This document shows positions 48,881-58,155 of a stretch of 64,000 nucleotides of DNA, piece after piece. The stretch lies in contig JACQNZ010000004.1 in the NCBI GenBank assembly GCA_016202815.1, forward strand, positions 57,522 through 121,521. Direction: 5' to 3'. The first letter of the stretch is position 1. Each line of letters starts with the position of its first letter. A program made the translations under genes and the position numbers. The notes under the pieces were generated by a model. The model made no database searches and was not told the origin of the DNA. It was given only the letters and a program-made list of their open reading frames with translations. Source of the stretch: Candidatus Aenigmatarchaeota archaeon. GTDB taxonomy: Archaea; Aenigmatarchaeota; Aenigmatarchaeia; JACPZZ01.

Positions 48881-48990
48881 AGCTGGAAGCATACCGCCGT
48901 TAACTAGAAGCGTAGGCTGTTAGAAACATACCGATACAGTATACGGTATGTTTCAGTTCCTCGATTGTTTCCAGCTATCCGGTATGCTTC
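48881..48990. repeat. Nested inverted repeats built from four copies of GAA(G/A)CATACCG
   Basis: Inner 11 bp hairpin 48922-48953, outer arms 48884-48895 and 48979-48989. Confidence 0.5.
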
Positions 48991-49363
48991 AGTTTAAGAG
49001 CCTGTCTGCGGCCATGTGCGTTGCGTATCCAAGCAGCGCTGCCAGGACCAACATCCAAATGCCGGGTATTTTGAACACCATCCACACAGCAGCGCCGATA
49101 GCCGCGGAGACAAGAAGCATCGGAAGCATCCTATGCAACGAATGCCGACCTCTGTGCGACAACGGAAGCGATCCCATTGCGATGTGCGCGGCAAAAAGCG
49201 TTACAACACCGGCGGAAACCCTTGCCTCCACGCTTGCGTCTGTGTTGAATACGGCAAAAAACGATAAGACTGCGGGCACGAACATCGACACGCTCCTGCG
49301 GACCGTGGAATTTTTGGAGTCAACGTCAGGGAACACGGCCGCTGCCAAAAACGCCAGAAGCAA
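48989..49363 (-). CDS. Membrane protein, possibly DUF457-like metal-dependent hydrolase
   Basis: Hydrophobic helices with conserved His residues; preferred over the overlapping plus-strand ORF 48948-49436. Confidence 0.4.
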   Translation of the reverse strand: MLLAFLAAAVFPDVDSKNSTVRRSVSMFVPAVLSFFAVFNTDASVEARVSAGVVTLFAAHIAMGSLPLSHRGRHSLHRMLPMLLVSAAIGAAVWMVFKIPGIWMLVLAALLGYATHMAADRLLN

Positions 49364-49447
49364 AGAGGCGTATTGCGGCTGCGCAACAGCCAGGATAACA
49401 ATTACCGCGGCAACGGCCAGTACGATATGCTGGTAAAATGAAGGCAG

Positions 49448-50083
49448 TCAATCACCCGGCAAGATCCTCACGTCAGCGGCAACAATTGAATCACCGTTTG
49501 CGAAAAGCGGGTTTATGTCCATCTCTTTCACATTCTCCTTTTGGGCAAGAGAAGCTACGGCCAGTATGATTTTTTCAATTTTTTTCGTGTTAACCGGCTT
49601 TATTTTCCTGTAACCGTCCAATATTTTCGCGTATTTCAGGCCTTTCACCATTTCCTTCGCGTCGTAAGGCGTTATGGGCAGGGCGCGGAATGAAACGTCA
49701 TTGAATAGCTCGACAAAAATCCCACCCAAACCGAAGCTGATAACCTTGCCGAACTGGTCGTTCTCCGTGACGCCTATGATTAGTTCCACACCCTCGGCCT
49801 GCTTCTGGACAAGTACGCCTTCGCTCCCGGTAAGTTTTTTGGATTTTTGTACAACTTTCAGCGCGTCAAACGCATCCGCGACGGCTTCAAGCGTGCTGAT
49901 GTTCACCTTAACCGCACCGTGCTCTGTCTTATGCACAAACCCATGGGCTTTCATCACAACGGGCAATCCTATCTGGCTCGCTATGGTTATCGCGGCCTGC
50001 CTGCTGTTTACAAGGGCTTCGTCGGCAAACGGTATGCCGTATTTTCGCAGTATTTTCTCGGCTTCGGGCAGCGTCAATATCAA
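49448..50083 (-). CDS. ATP-grasp domain protein (ADP-forming acyl-CoA synthetase beta-like)
   Basis: LPVVMKAHGFVHKTEHGAVKV and ELIIGV...FGKVISFGLGGIFVE resemble the ATP-grasp region of acetate-CoA ligase (ADP-forming). Confidence 0.5.
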   Translation of the reverse strand: MILTLPEAEKILRKYGIPFADEALVNSRQAAITIASQIGLPVVMKAHGFVHKTEHGAVKVNISTLEAVADAFDALKVVQKSKKLTGSEGVLVQKQAEGVELIIGVTENDQFGKVISFGLGGIFVELFNDVSFRALPITPYDAKEMVKGLKYAKILDGYRKIKPVNTKKIEKIILAVASLAQKENVKEMDINPLFANGDSIVAADVRILPGD

Positions 50084-50182
50084 AAATATCGCCTATTAAT
50101 ATCTTACCCCGGACTGGTAAATAAAAACGGGCCGGGTACCAAAAATAATGCTTTAATATCTATGTGCCCAACCTGTTTTTAG

Positions 50183-50695
50183 ATGTTCATGGCGACCATA
50201 TTCCGATCCCTGTCTAAGACGGTTGAAGCGGCACTGGACTATCCGCTGCTTGGTTCTATGCCGTCGCACAAGCAGGAGGCTGTACGGAACGGTTTCAATC
50301 CGGTTGTCGGCAGCTTAACGTCAGCCGCAGCGGAATTTTTCATCAGCTTCTCGCTGCTGTTCATGCTGATGAACGGCGTTTTCACAAGCTATGTGATGCT
50401 GTCGCAAAGCTGGTTTTCGCTTTTAACAAAGGCTCTGCTTTCAGCGGCCGCGGCCGAAGGACTTTACAGGACGTTTTTAATCATATCAGGCAGGACGCGC
50501 TCCGTGGGCTCTGTTTTTTACGATGCGCTTGAACTGGTGTCAGCGGGCGTTTCCAAATTTTTCGCTGCCTTTGTTATCGGCTTGGCGATAAAACAAACAC
50601 CTGAGGAAAAAAAGCAAAAGGAGATCGCGGAAAACTTCAAAAAGTTCATAGAATACGGCATGGATAACCCCGGCCTGACCTGGGAGAAGCAGTAG
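50183..50695 (+). CDS. Hypothetical membrane protein
   Basis: 170 aa with hydrophobic segments. Confidence 0.35.
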   Translation: MFMATIFRSLSKTVEAALDYPLLGSMPSHKQEAVRNGFNPVVGSLTSAAAEFFISFSLLFMLMNGVFTSYVMLSQSWFSLLTKALLSAAAAEGLYRTFLIISGRTRSVGSVFYDALELVSAGVSKFFAAFVIGLAIKQTPEEKKQKEIAENFKKFIEYGMDNPGLTWEKQ

Positions 50696-50731
50696 GGAAC
50701 CGTTTTAAGCGTGCTGTCCCAATAATTAATT

Positions 50732-51463
50732 GTGAAGCTTTTCAAAGGCCGCGGAAGCGGTTCTGTTCTGGACTACAAAAACCAGCTTAAAGAGGCGGAG
50801 AAATACCTGAACGCAGCTGAAAAAGCCGCCACTGGATACCTTAGGTCAGTCGGGAAAGGAAAGCGGCGTTCTGACGATCCTGCGCCCCTGATCGCTGCTG
50901 ATTATTCCATGGCCAGCATTAATATTGAAGGGCTTCGGGATGCTGCGAAAACGGCAAAGGAAAAGGATACTTACCAGAAATTGAGGGACAGGCTTGAAAG
51001 AGTTTCCGGAACTGTTGCAAAGGCCCTTGAAACAGGCGCCATGGATTATGTCTCTTCTGCGCGGGAATTTATGGAAACCGGGGACCGTATCCGCATAGAC
51101 GATGAGATTAGGGATGAGAGGAACCGGAAAACAAGCGAGGACTCGGAAGCCAGACTCGAAAGAGATTTGGAAGCTCGCGGAGAAGTGGGAAAACTTAAGG
51201 TTGCAGGATATAGAGCGCAAAGAGAGCAGCGGAAAAGAGATGAAGAAGAACGGCTTGCGAGATTTGGCGGCGCACATTATTCAAACAGCGGTTATTCAAC
51301 TGCAAGCCAACTGCTCACAGTGGCCGACAGCGTATTGGACTATGCATCCAAAGCGGCTGAAAATTCCGGAGCTGGCAGCTTAACAGGTGAAATTGAATCC
51401 GCGAAATCGGTTGTCGCGGATGCGAGAAAAGACCTGGAGTCCAGGCGAAAATCCGGCAAATAA
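50732..51463 (+). CDS. Hypothetical helical protein (paralog family member)
   Basis: KYLNAAEKAA and DTYQKLRDRLERV blocks align with 51486 and 32211 ORFs. Confidence 0.4.
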   Translation: MKLFKGRGSGSVLDYKNQLKEAEKYLNAAEKAATGYLRSVGKGKRRSDDPAPLIAADYSMASINIEGLRDAAKTAKEKDTYQKLRDRLERVSGTVAKALETGAMDYVSSAREFMETGDRIRIDDEIRDERNRKTSEDSEARLERDLEARGEVGKLKVAGYRAQREQRKRDEEERLARFGGAHYSNSGYSTASQLLTVADSVLDYASKAAENSGAGSLTGEIESAKSVVADARKDLESRRKSGK

Positions 51464-51485
51464 GTTTTTATGAGGCCAACATACG

Positions 51486-52007
51486 ATGCATTTTACAAAA
51501 TTTGGAAGGGCTGTCGGCGGGTTTGAGCGCGACATAAAAAATGCGGAGCGATACCTCAACGCAGCGGCTAAGCACGAACCCGATATACAGCTTGCGTGCA
51601 TATCATACCACTCGGCTTTGTTGGAAGCCGGCATTTCCCTTAGGTACGTAAAAACCGAGGGCCAGCGGGCAAGGTACGACAAGGCCGTGAACAGGCTCGG
51701 ACAGTTGCAAAAATCGCTTGTCGAATACGGCATCCGGATGGCAGAACGTAAACTGGAAGAGGCGCATAGATCGATAACGGATGAGGAAAGACGGGTGAAG
51801 GAAGCGAGAGAAGTGGGGCTGCCGGCCAAACCTATTTACACGAGCGCCCGCACAGGTGTTTTGTCCGCTGAAATGAGCATAACCCCCCTGTTAAAAGCGC
51901 CGAATATCGGCGACAACGACAGATACACGAAATTGTTGGTGCCGATTGTGGACAGGATACTGGAACTAAGAAGACTTCTGGAAGCGAAGAAAGCTGTCGC
52001 GGCGTAA
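51486..52007 (+). CDS. Hypothetical helical protein (paralog family member)
   Basis: FTKFGRAVGGFERDIKNAERYLNAA and QRARYDKAVNRL align with 32211 ORF. Confidence 0.4.
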   Translation: MHFTKFGRAVGGFERDIKNAERYLNAAAKHEPDIQLACISYHSALLEAGISLRYVKTEGQRARYDKAVNRLGQLQKSLVEYGIRMAERKLEEAHRSITDEERRVKEAREVGLPAKPIYTSARTGVLSAEMSITPLLKAPNIGDNDRYTKLLVPIVDRILELRRLLEAKKAVAA

Positions 52008-52387
52008 AAATATAAAAAAAATAAAAATTGAAGAAAAAGCGAAGAACCGTTGTTCATTTATGCTCAAACTTTCTTCTTCAGCATTGGCAAACCTGTCCTT
52101 TCGTTCTCGACGGTGTCCCAGTTGCCCGCGGGTAAATCTATTCCGCCTTCAGGCTTCTTGGAAAAGAAATACAATTTTCCCCTCGAATGAAGATAATACT
52201 TCACACCTTTGCTGTTCACTTTTTCATACGCCATTCAATCAACCTCCAAACCAACTTTAATCGTCATTAATGGTTGTCTGGGGCCATTTATATTTTTTCG
52301 CCAGGCACAGCAAGCTTAAAAACGTACAAAATGTGTCATTACGACGAAGGCATGAAACGTTTTATCGCTTCAAGATAAAGCAGTACG

Positions 52388-52768
52388 ATGGAAAACAGGT
52401 TTCCGGCGCTGTTTTTTTCGTTGTCGGTCATAGGACTTTTGCTGATTTACGTGTCAGCCGGAAAAACAGAGGCCAAAACGGTTGGGATAAGCGGCATAGA
52501 CGCTTCGATGGTAGGTTTTTATGTTGAGACAACAGGCTATGTTGAATCCGCTGATTTTGCAGAGAGCAAAATATCCGTGAAACTGTCTGACGGCTATGAA
52601 ACGGTCAATGTGGTGGTTTTTTCCGACCTGCGGGCGGCGTTAGGCGACACGGGGGCGCTTTTTTCAGAAGGCTCCGTGATTTCGGTCAGGGGCGTTGTTG
52701 ACGAATACAAGGGCGTTATCGAAATAATACCGAACAGGGTTTCGGACATAAGGAGGCTGGGGCGATGA
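52388..52768 (+). CDS. Membrane-anchored OB-fold-like protein, hypothetical
   Basis: N-terminal TM helix followed by beta-rich domain. Confidence 0.35.
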   Translation: MENRFPALFFSLSVIGLLLIYVSAGKTEAKTVGISGIDASMVGFYVETTGYVESADFAESKISVKLSDGYETVNVVVFSDLRAALGDTGALFSEGSVISVRGVVDEYKGVIEIIPNRVSDIRRLGR

Positions 52769-54003
52769 TCGACATCCTGTTGCTATCGCTGGCCGGTTGT
52801 GTCATAGGGCTTTTTACCGGAATGATACCTGGCCTGCACACGAACACGCTGGCTGTTTTGATAATTCCTATCTACAGCTATTTCGGTATTTCGCCACTGG
52901 GGGCGTCTGTGATGATATCGTCGATAATGGCGTCGCACATATTCTCCTCTTTCATACCAGCGGCTTTGCTTGGCGCACCGGACGAAGACACCGCCCTTTC
53001 CGTGTTGCCGGCCCATAAGCTATTGATGTCAGGCCGCGGGCTGGAGGCGATTTTCCTGATGGTCGCGGGTGCGTCGCTTGCATTATTGTTAAGCGTACCG
53101 ATTTTATTTTTGTCGATGAAGGCTTTCGGCTCTTTTTACGAATTAACCAGGCCTTTTGTGCATTATGTGCTGATAGCGATCGTCAGCCTGATGGTGCTCG
53201 GCGAAGGCACGAAGGAAAAAATTTTTTACGCGGCGCTGGTTTTTTTGATGTCCGGGCTGCTCGGTCTTTTCGTGCTTGACGCGAGGGTTTTGGCGCCGCA
53301 GGACGCGTTGCTGCCGGTTTTGTCAGGACTTTTCGGTGTTAGTACGCTGCTGACGAGCCTTGAAAAGAAGGCGGCAATACCGCGGCAGAAACATTCCGCA
53401 CCGGGGATTAACGGAAAGGAGATGATGAAATTCGCGTTAGTGGGAACGCTTGGCGGCCTTATGGTCGGACTGATGCCGGGAATAGGGGCGTCGCAGGCTG
53501 TTGCGTTGACGCAACAGGCGTTTGCGATTTCATCCGCGGAAAGTTTCCTTGTAATGTTAGGCTCTGTCAATGCTGCGGATTCGCTGTTCTCAATGTCAGC
53601 GTTGTACACTGTCGGAAACCCGCGAAGCGGGGCTTCTGTTGCGGTTGAGCGGTTAATGGGCGAAATAGGAATAAACGAACTTACGATCATCGTGGGCTCC
53701 ATACTTTTGTCGTCGGGCGTTGCGGCTTTTTTGTCGCTGAAGATTTCTAAACGCGCTTTGGGCTTCATGCAGAAAATAAATTATTCCATGGTCTCGCGTT
53801 TTGTGATAGTTTTCATTTCGTTCATGGTGTTTTCGTTTTCCGGCCTGACAGGCCTTTTGGTATTGTCTACGGCAACGTCTATAGGAATTTTGTGCGAACG
53901 TTTCGGCGTCAAAAGGATGCACTGCATGGGCTGTTTGCTGCTGCCGACGATTTTGTTTTTTTCCGGCAACGTAAGCAATGTTATGTCTTTGTTCGGGCTG
54001 TGA
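52765..54003 (+). CDS. TctA-family (DUF112) membrane protein
   Basis: GMIPGLHTNTLAVL and GAPDEDTALSVLPAHKLLMSGRG blocks typical of the TctA/DUF112 fold, repeated in the C-terminal half. Confidence 0.55.
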   Translation: MIDILLLSLAGCVIGLFTGMIPGLHTNTLAVLIIPIYSYFGISPLGASVMISSIMASHIFSSFIPAALLGAPDEDTALSVLPAHKLLMSGRGLEAIFLMVAGASLALLLSVPILFLSMKAFGSFYELTRPFVHYVLIAIVSLMVLGEGTKEKIFYAALVFLMSGLLGLFVLDARVLAPQDALLPVLSGLFGVSTLLTSLEKKAAIPRQKHSAPGINGKEMMKFALVGTLGGLMVGLMPGIGASQAVALTQQAFAISSAESFLVMLGSVNAADSLFSMSALYTVGNPRSGASVAVERLMGEIGINELTIIVGSILLSSGVAAFLSLKISKRALGFMQKINYSMVSRFVIVFISFMVFSFSGLTGLLVLSTATSIGILCERFGVKRMHCMGCLLLPTILFFSGNVSNVMSLFGL

Positions 54004-54015
54004 AGAGCTGGAGAC

Positions 54016-55008
54016 TTAGAAAAAGAAAAGTCCGTCGATTAATTCGTATAAATCTCCTTTTCGCATTGCGGTTCGTGGAAGCTGCACCTGCCTTGTCACG
54101 GTCCACGGCACCAGGCCGTTTGCGCTTTCCACTAAAATGACCTCGTTTCCTTTTTTGGCCCGTACAACGTCGTCGCCGTAGCCGATCCTTACGCCGGGCC
54201 GGCCTTTCAGCCATTCTATTTCCGAATAACCTTCCTTTTCCAGGCGTTCGGGAACAAAAGGCGTGCTTTTTGGCTGCGCCACTTTTACAGCTATCCTGTC
54301 CGGTTTGCCGGCCATAAACGCTATCTCTGCGGCCAATGCGATGAACCTGCTTTTGTACGGAGCAAACGCTTTTGCATCCGTCGACGGGCATTCCGGGGCG
54401 TATTGGTTGCAATGAGCATATGTTACTGTGAATATGCTGCTTGAAAGGTGATAGCCATGTTGCGCTGGTTTTGGCTCGCCTTTTTCGTCGATTAAAGGAA
54501 ATTCAAACTCGTGCGAATGTGATGCTGTGACATCGACCCAGACGCGGCCCCTGCCATCCGGTAACTGCGGTCCGTAGAACCTGCCGAACTGGCGCGGATA
54601 TTCTTCGCGGTAGGCCAGCACGCCGCCGAACTTGTATGGCGCGGTCGGCTTGTCAGCGTCCCTGTGCGCGTCAGCGCTTTTCGCGTCCGGGAACGCGGTC
54701 GCTGAAACGTATCTCACAGGCCGTGCGTGCGTAACGCCCAGCGTGCGCATGATCGTTTCATCCGCAACTTCCACACTTTTCGGATAGCCCAGATAAAATT
54801 CATTTCCGAGCCAGCTGTGCCAGAGGCCGACCAGGCTGTTGCCGGAGACTACCGAAAGGTGCCAGCCCGATTCGTGGTATTCCGGCCTTTGTTCGGTTAA
54901 ATTCAGGGTTCGCAAGCTATCGAGATTTGCGTGAGCCATATTTGACAGGGCGGAGCCTAGAGGATCGGTTGCGTCAAAAACCGCGCCGTGCGCTTCCTTT
55001 GCCATCAT
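54016..55008 (-). CDS. Hypothetical protein
   Basis: 330 aa, His-rich stretch SHSHEFEF, no family recognised. Confidence 0.35.
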   Translation of the reverse strand: MMAKEAHGAVFDATDPLGSALSNMAHANLDSLRTLNLTEQRPEYHESGWHLSVVSGNSLVGLWHSWLGNEFYLGYPKSVEVADETIMRTLGVTHARPVRYVSATAFPDAKSADAHRDADKPTAPYKFGGVLAYREEYPRQFGRFYGPQLPDGRGRVWVDVTASHSHEFEFPLIDEKGEPKPAQHGYHLSSSIFTVTYAHCNQYAPECPSTDAKAFAPYKSRFIALAAEIAFMAGKPDRIAVKVAQPKSTPFVPERLEKEGYSEIEWLKGRPGVRIGYGDDVVRAKKGNEVILVESANGLVPWTVTRQVQLPRTAMRKGDLYELIDGLFFF

Positions 55009-55073
55009 TCCGATATTATGGTTAAACTCTTAAACCTTACTATGGGCGATTAAAACAACCTTATTTAAGAGCG

Positions 55074-55943
55074 TTGCCGCATCTAACTGATTTTATGATG
55101 CCAATTGTGCACGCCATTTTCGCGTACGCGCTTTCATATTTTTCCGGCGCCTACGCCTTCTTCGCGATAACAGGCGCGATATTGCCTGACGTAGATACAC
55201 TGTTCACCCCGTACCGCGAAATACACAGGGCATTCCTGCACACGCCGATAGCAGGCATCGCATTGACGGTCGTTTTATACTATCTGATAAGGAACAAAAA
55301 AATCGCGGCGTCCTTTTTGATGGGATGGGTTTCGCACCTGTTCCTCGACACGCTAACGGTAACAGGCATAATGTGGAAATACCCTTTCTCAACAGACTAT
55401 TTCACAACAGCGTCTTTCCGTTCAATTGACATAATACCGAATTTTGCGGTGATCTCGTTTTCAATCCTTTCAATCATGGCTGCCATCCTATTCAGCAGGA
55501 AAAGGATGAAGGCGCTAAAGAGATACATCCATTCTGCGGAAGCCAAGAGCGAAGGCGGGTTTGCCGTCCTTGCTTTGGCGTTTCTTATGGTCGCATCCGG
55601 CATGCTGCTAGCCTCGGAAAGGGACGGCTTCCCGAAAATAGAGGATTCGGTTCTGATATCCAAGCTTTTGCAGCAGCAAGGCCGTTATGACGGCAAATAT
55701 GTGACCATTGCGGGCTATGCAAAAGGGGTTGACAACTACACTTCAAGGGGCGTCGGTTACCAGGTTCTCCTGGTCGACGACGGGTCCGGATCCATCCGCG
55801 TTTACAAGTCCGGTCTTGTGCCGCCAAGCCCGATAAACGCAGGCGATGAAATAATCGCAAGCGGGCTGTTTTCTACGGATCGCAGGATACCGGAGCTGCG
55901 CATAACGCCGAGCATCGGGCTGGTAAAGATTCAAAGCAGGTAG
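55074..55943 (+). CDS. Membrane protein, DUF457-like hydrolase domain plus C-terminal beta domain
   Basis: ILPDVDT...HRAFLH...HLFLDTLT histidine/aspartate pattern within TM helices. Confidence 0.4.
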   Translation: MPHLTDFMMPIVHAIFAYALSYFSGAYAFFAITGAILPDVDTLFTPYREIHRAFLHTPIAGIALTVVLYYLIRNKKIAASFLMGWVSHLFLDTLTVTGIMWKYPFSTDYFTTASFRSIDIIPNFAVISFSILSIMAAILFSRKRMKALKRYIHSAEAKSEGGFAVLALAFLMVASGMLLASERDGFPKIEDSVLISKLLQQQGRYDGKYVTIAGYAKGVDNYTSRGVGYQVLLVDDGSGSIRVYKSGLVPPSPINAGDEIIASGLFSTDRRIPELRITPSIGLVKIQSR

Positions 55944-56524
55944 CGCCCGATGTGCGCAATGGCGAGTATGCCTAAGAAATTCGCAACGAAAGCGAAGACC
56001 AGGACTTTCTTTTTTTCATAGTGCGCTGCCCCCAGCATGCCTATCGCAATTTCGTCCGGAAGAGGGGAGGCTATTATCAGGCCGGCCAGAACCGGTGTAA
56101 GGTACATTTTTAATTTGTGCACCAAGGCCGGGTTCGGGTTGGTGTGCACGGGGTTGTGGCGTTCAATAAAAAATTTCAGCTCCAGGATTTCCTCTTTCAA
56201 GTTGTCGATTGAACGCCTCACGAACTGGAATATTATGTAGTCAGCGGTCATTGCGCCGAAAGCGCCTATCGCAGCTATCCATAACGGGTCAAGGCTTTTG
56301 CCCAGGATGGCCAGAACGGCCATGGATATGGGCGTTGTGAAAAGCGACGAGAAGAAAAAGCCTGCTACAAGCGCGCCGAGATATCCCAATTTTCCACTAT
56401 GTCCTATCAGGCCTGCTATTTCAGGCGTTGTGAGCATGTAAACGGCAATCGCTGTAGATAAAAAAATGAACGCGAGGTTCCTGTGCTTCCACTCGTACTT
56501 CCATGGATACTTAATATTGAACAT
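55931..56524 (-). CDS. Hypothetical membrane protein
   Basis: 197 aa with several hydrophobic helices. Confidence 0.4.
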   Translation of the reverse strand: MFNIKYPWKYEWKHRNLAFIFLSTAIAVYMLTTPEIAGLIGHSGKLGYLGALVAGFFFSSLFTTPISMAVLAILGKSLDPLWIAAIGAFGAMTADYIIFQFVRRSIDNLKEEILELKFFIERHNPVHTNPNPALVHKLKMYLTPVLAGLIIASPLPDEIAIGMLGAAHYEKKKVLVFAFVANFLGILAIAHIGRYLL

Positions 56525-56531
56525 ATATTGA

Positions 56532-57248
56532 TTATTCCCCGCGGCACGATAATAAGCATTTTTTTATTTTGGCCCCTGATATCGGGCCTTCGCGGACCGT
56601 TTTCATGGTAATTAAATTAAATATTGTCGAGACCTTCCGTTTTGGGAGACTGCCTGTATTAATGATCGCGTCGGCTTTCTTGGCGAAAAGAGCGAACGCT
56701 TCCGGGAAGCTGTAGACAGGCTTTTCGCCTGATATGTTTGCGCTGGTGGCGGTTATCGGTTTCTTGAATTTTCCGGCAAGCGACAGCGCAAAACGATTGG
56801 CTGGTATGCGAAATGCGATTTCGTTTCTTGGCGACCCGGCCAGCTGTTTCTGCGAAAATCGGCTATTTTCGCGTATAGGAAACCGAAGTTTCCTATATTT
56901 TGGCCTTGCGACCAATGTCAACGGACCAGGCATGAATTCTTCGACCAAGCGTTTCCCGTCCTCATCAAGCGAGACATACTTTTCCGCGATTGCCGTGGAA
57001 CCGAATATAACCGAAAGCGGCTTTTTCGAAGAGCGTTTCTTGATCTTGTAAACTTTTTTTACGGCATTTCTATTCGTCGCGTCACAACCTATTCCGTAGG
57101 CTGTTTCTGTAGGATATATTACCAGGCCGCCTTTTTTCAGGATTTCCACGGCCTTTTTGATTCCTCGCGCATCAGCGCGCAAAACAAGCGTCTCCATACA
57201 GTTTTTTATGTCAGGAACATGGATTTTAAGCATGAATGAGGAGCGCAA
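56532..57248 (-). CDS. tsaC: L-threonylcarbamoyladenylate synthase (Sua5/YrdC/TsaC family)
   Basis: YPTETAYGIGCDA, PGPLTLV and ATSANISG blocks; carries an apparent in-frame copy of the double-palindrome element. Confidence 0.8.
   Translation of the reverse strand: MRSSFMLKIHVPDIKNCMETLVLRADARGIKKAVEILKKGGLVIYPTETAYGIGCDATNRNAVKKVYKIKKRSSKKPLSVIFGSTAIAEKYVSLDEDGKRLVEEFMPGPLTLVARPKYRKLRFPIRENSRFSQKQLAGSPRNEIAFRIPANRFALSLAGKFKKPITATSANISGEKPVYSFPEAFALFAKKADAIINTGSLPKRKVSTIFNLITMKTVREGPISGAKIKKCLLSCRGE
56852..56897. repeat. Composite double-palindrome element inside tsaC coding sequence (GCGAAAATC-GGCT-ATTTTCGC followed by TATAGGAAAC-CGAA-GTTTCCTATA)
   Basis: Read directly; aligns with the intergenic element at 41951-41996. 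Confidence 0.6.
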
Positions 57249-57492
57249 ACTTGCGGGTAAAGTGACGCATTACTACGGCAAGATAGGCGTGGCTGTTGTT
57301 GAGCTCGAAGGCGCGTTGCGCGTCGGGGACGAGATAGCGATAGAAGGCCCGTCGACATCGTTTACGCAAAAGGTCGAGTCGATGCAAATCGAATTTGAGC
57401 CTGTCAAAGAGGCGAAAGAGGGCGACGCGGTCGGGTTGAAGGTCAATCAGGCTGTCAAGCCGAAAGACAACGTTTACGTTGTTGTTAAATAG
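57232..57492 (+). CDS. Small beta-barrel protein, hypothetical
   Basis: 86 aa from ATG 57232; upstream part of the listed ORF overlaps tsaC. Confidence 0.35.
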   Translation: MNEERKLAGKVTHYYGKIGVAVVELEGALRVGDEIAIEGPSTSFTQKVESMQIEFEPVKEAKEGDAVGLKVNQAVKPKDNVYVVVK

Positions 57493-57534
57493 CGCCTGCT
57501 AAAGCTTAAATTTCTTGCATTCCTTTGAGGGATA

Positions 57535-58155
57535 GTGTTATCCATGGGCAGGGAGTTCGACGAATCGGCGAATAGGGCGGCGGCGTATTTCACAGAGGCT
57601 CGTGAATTCGTTCAGAAAGGCGATCCCAGGGCAGCGGCAGCAGCGTACAGGTCCGGAAAAGATGCCATGGACTCTGCGGCAGGGCTGAAAGAATCCGTGG
57701 GCGACGAGATCCGATATTTAGGTTTATCCAGCCAGAATTTCCTTGCCGGCAATGAAGTCATTAATTCGCTGGCCGGCCGCATTTCACGCGCGTCAAAAAC
57801 GGCGGCGGATCGGGTTAGCGGGTATAAAGCTTCTTTTGACATCATCGCAGGAAAGCCGGTTTCATCCGACGCGTCAGCATCGGACGCCATTGAGCAAAGG
57901 GGCAAGAGCTTGACGGAAGCAGATGAGTATGCTGGAAGAACATTGGCCGGAATACGGGACGTGATAGCCGATGCGATTGAAGACGTCCGGTTGGCAACGG
58001 AAATTTCAGTCATTTTTTACGGGGAGATTCCAAGGACGGGCCTGGCAGGCGAATTATACAATAATATTGATGGTGCAGGCCGCGAGCTGGAATTGCTGTC
58101 AAGACGGGTCAACCAGATGAGATCCCTAATTGAGGGCAGGGACGCGGATCAATAA
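57535..58155 (+). CDS. Hypothetical helical protein (possible distant member of paralog family)
   Basis: Ala-rich helical protein, similar length and composition to 32211/50732/51486 ORFs. Confidence 0.35.
   Translation: MLSMGREFDESANRAAAYFTEAREFVQKGDPRAAAAAYRSGKDAMDSAAGLKESVGDEIRYLGLSSQNFLAGNEVINSLAGRISRASKTAADRVSGYKASFDIIAGKPVSSDASASDAIEQRGKSLTEADEYAGRTLAGIRDVIADAIEDVRLATEISVIFYGEIPRTGLAGELYNNIDGAGRELELLSRRVNQMRSLIEGRDADQ

Noticed and set aside
48948-49436. Plus-strand ORF 48948-49436
   Set aside because: The overlapping minus-strand ORF encodes a plausible membrane protein with hydrophobic helices; the plus translation is Cys/Ala-rich and not protein-like.
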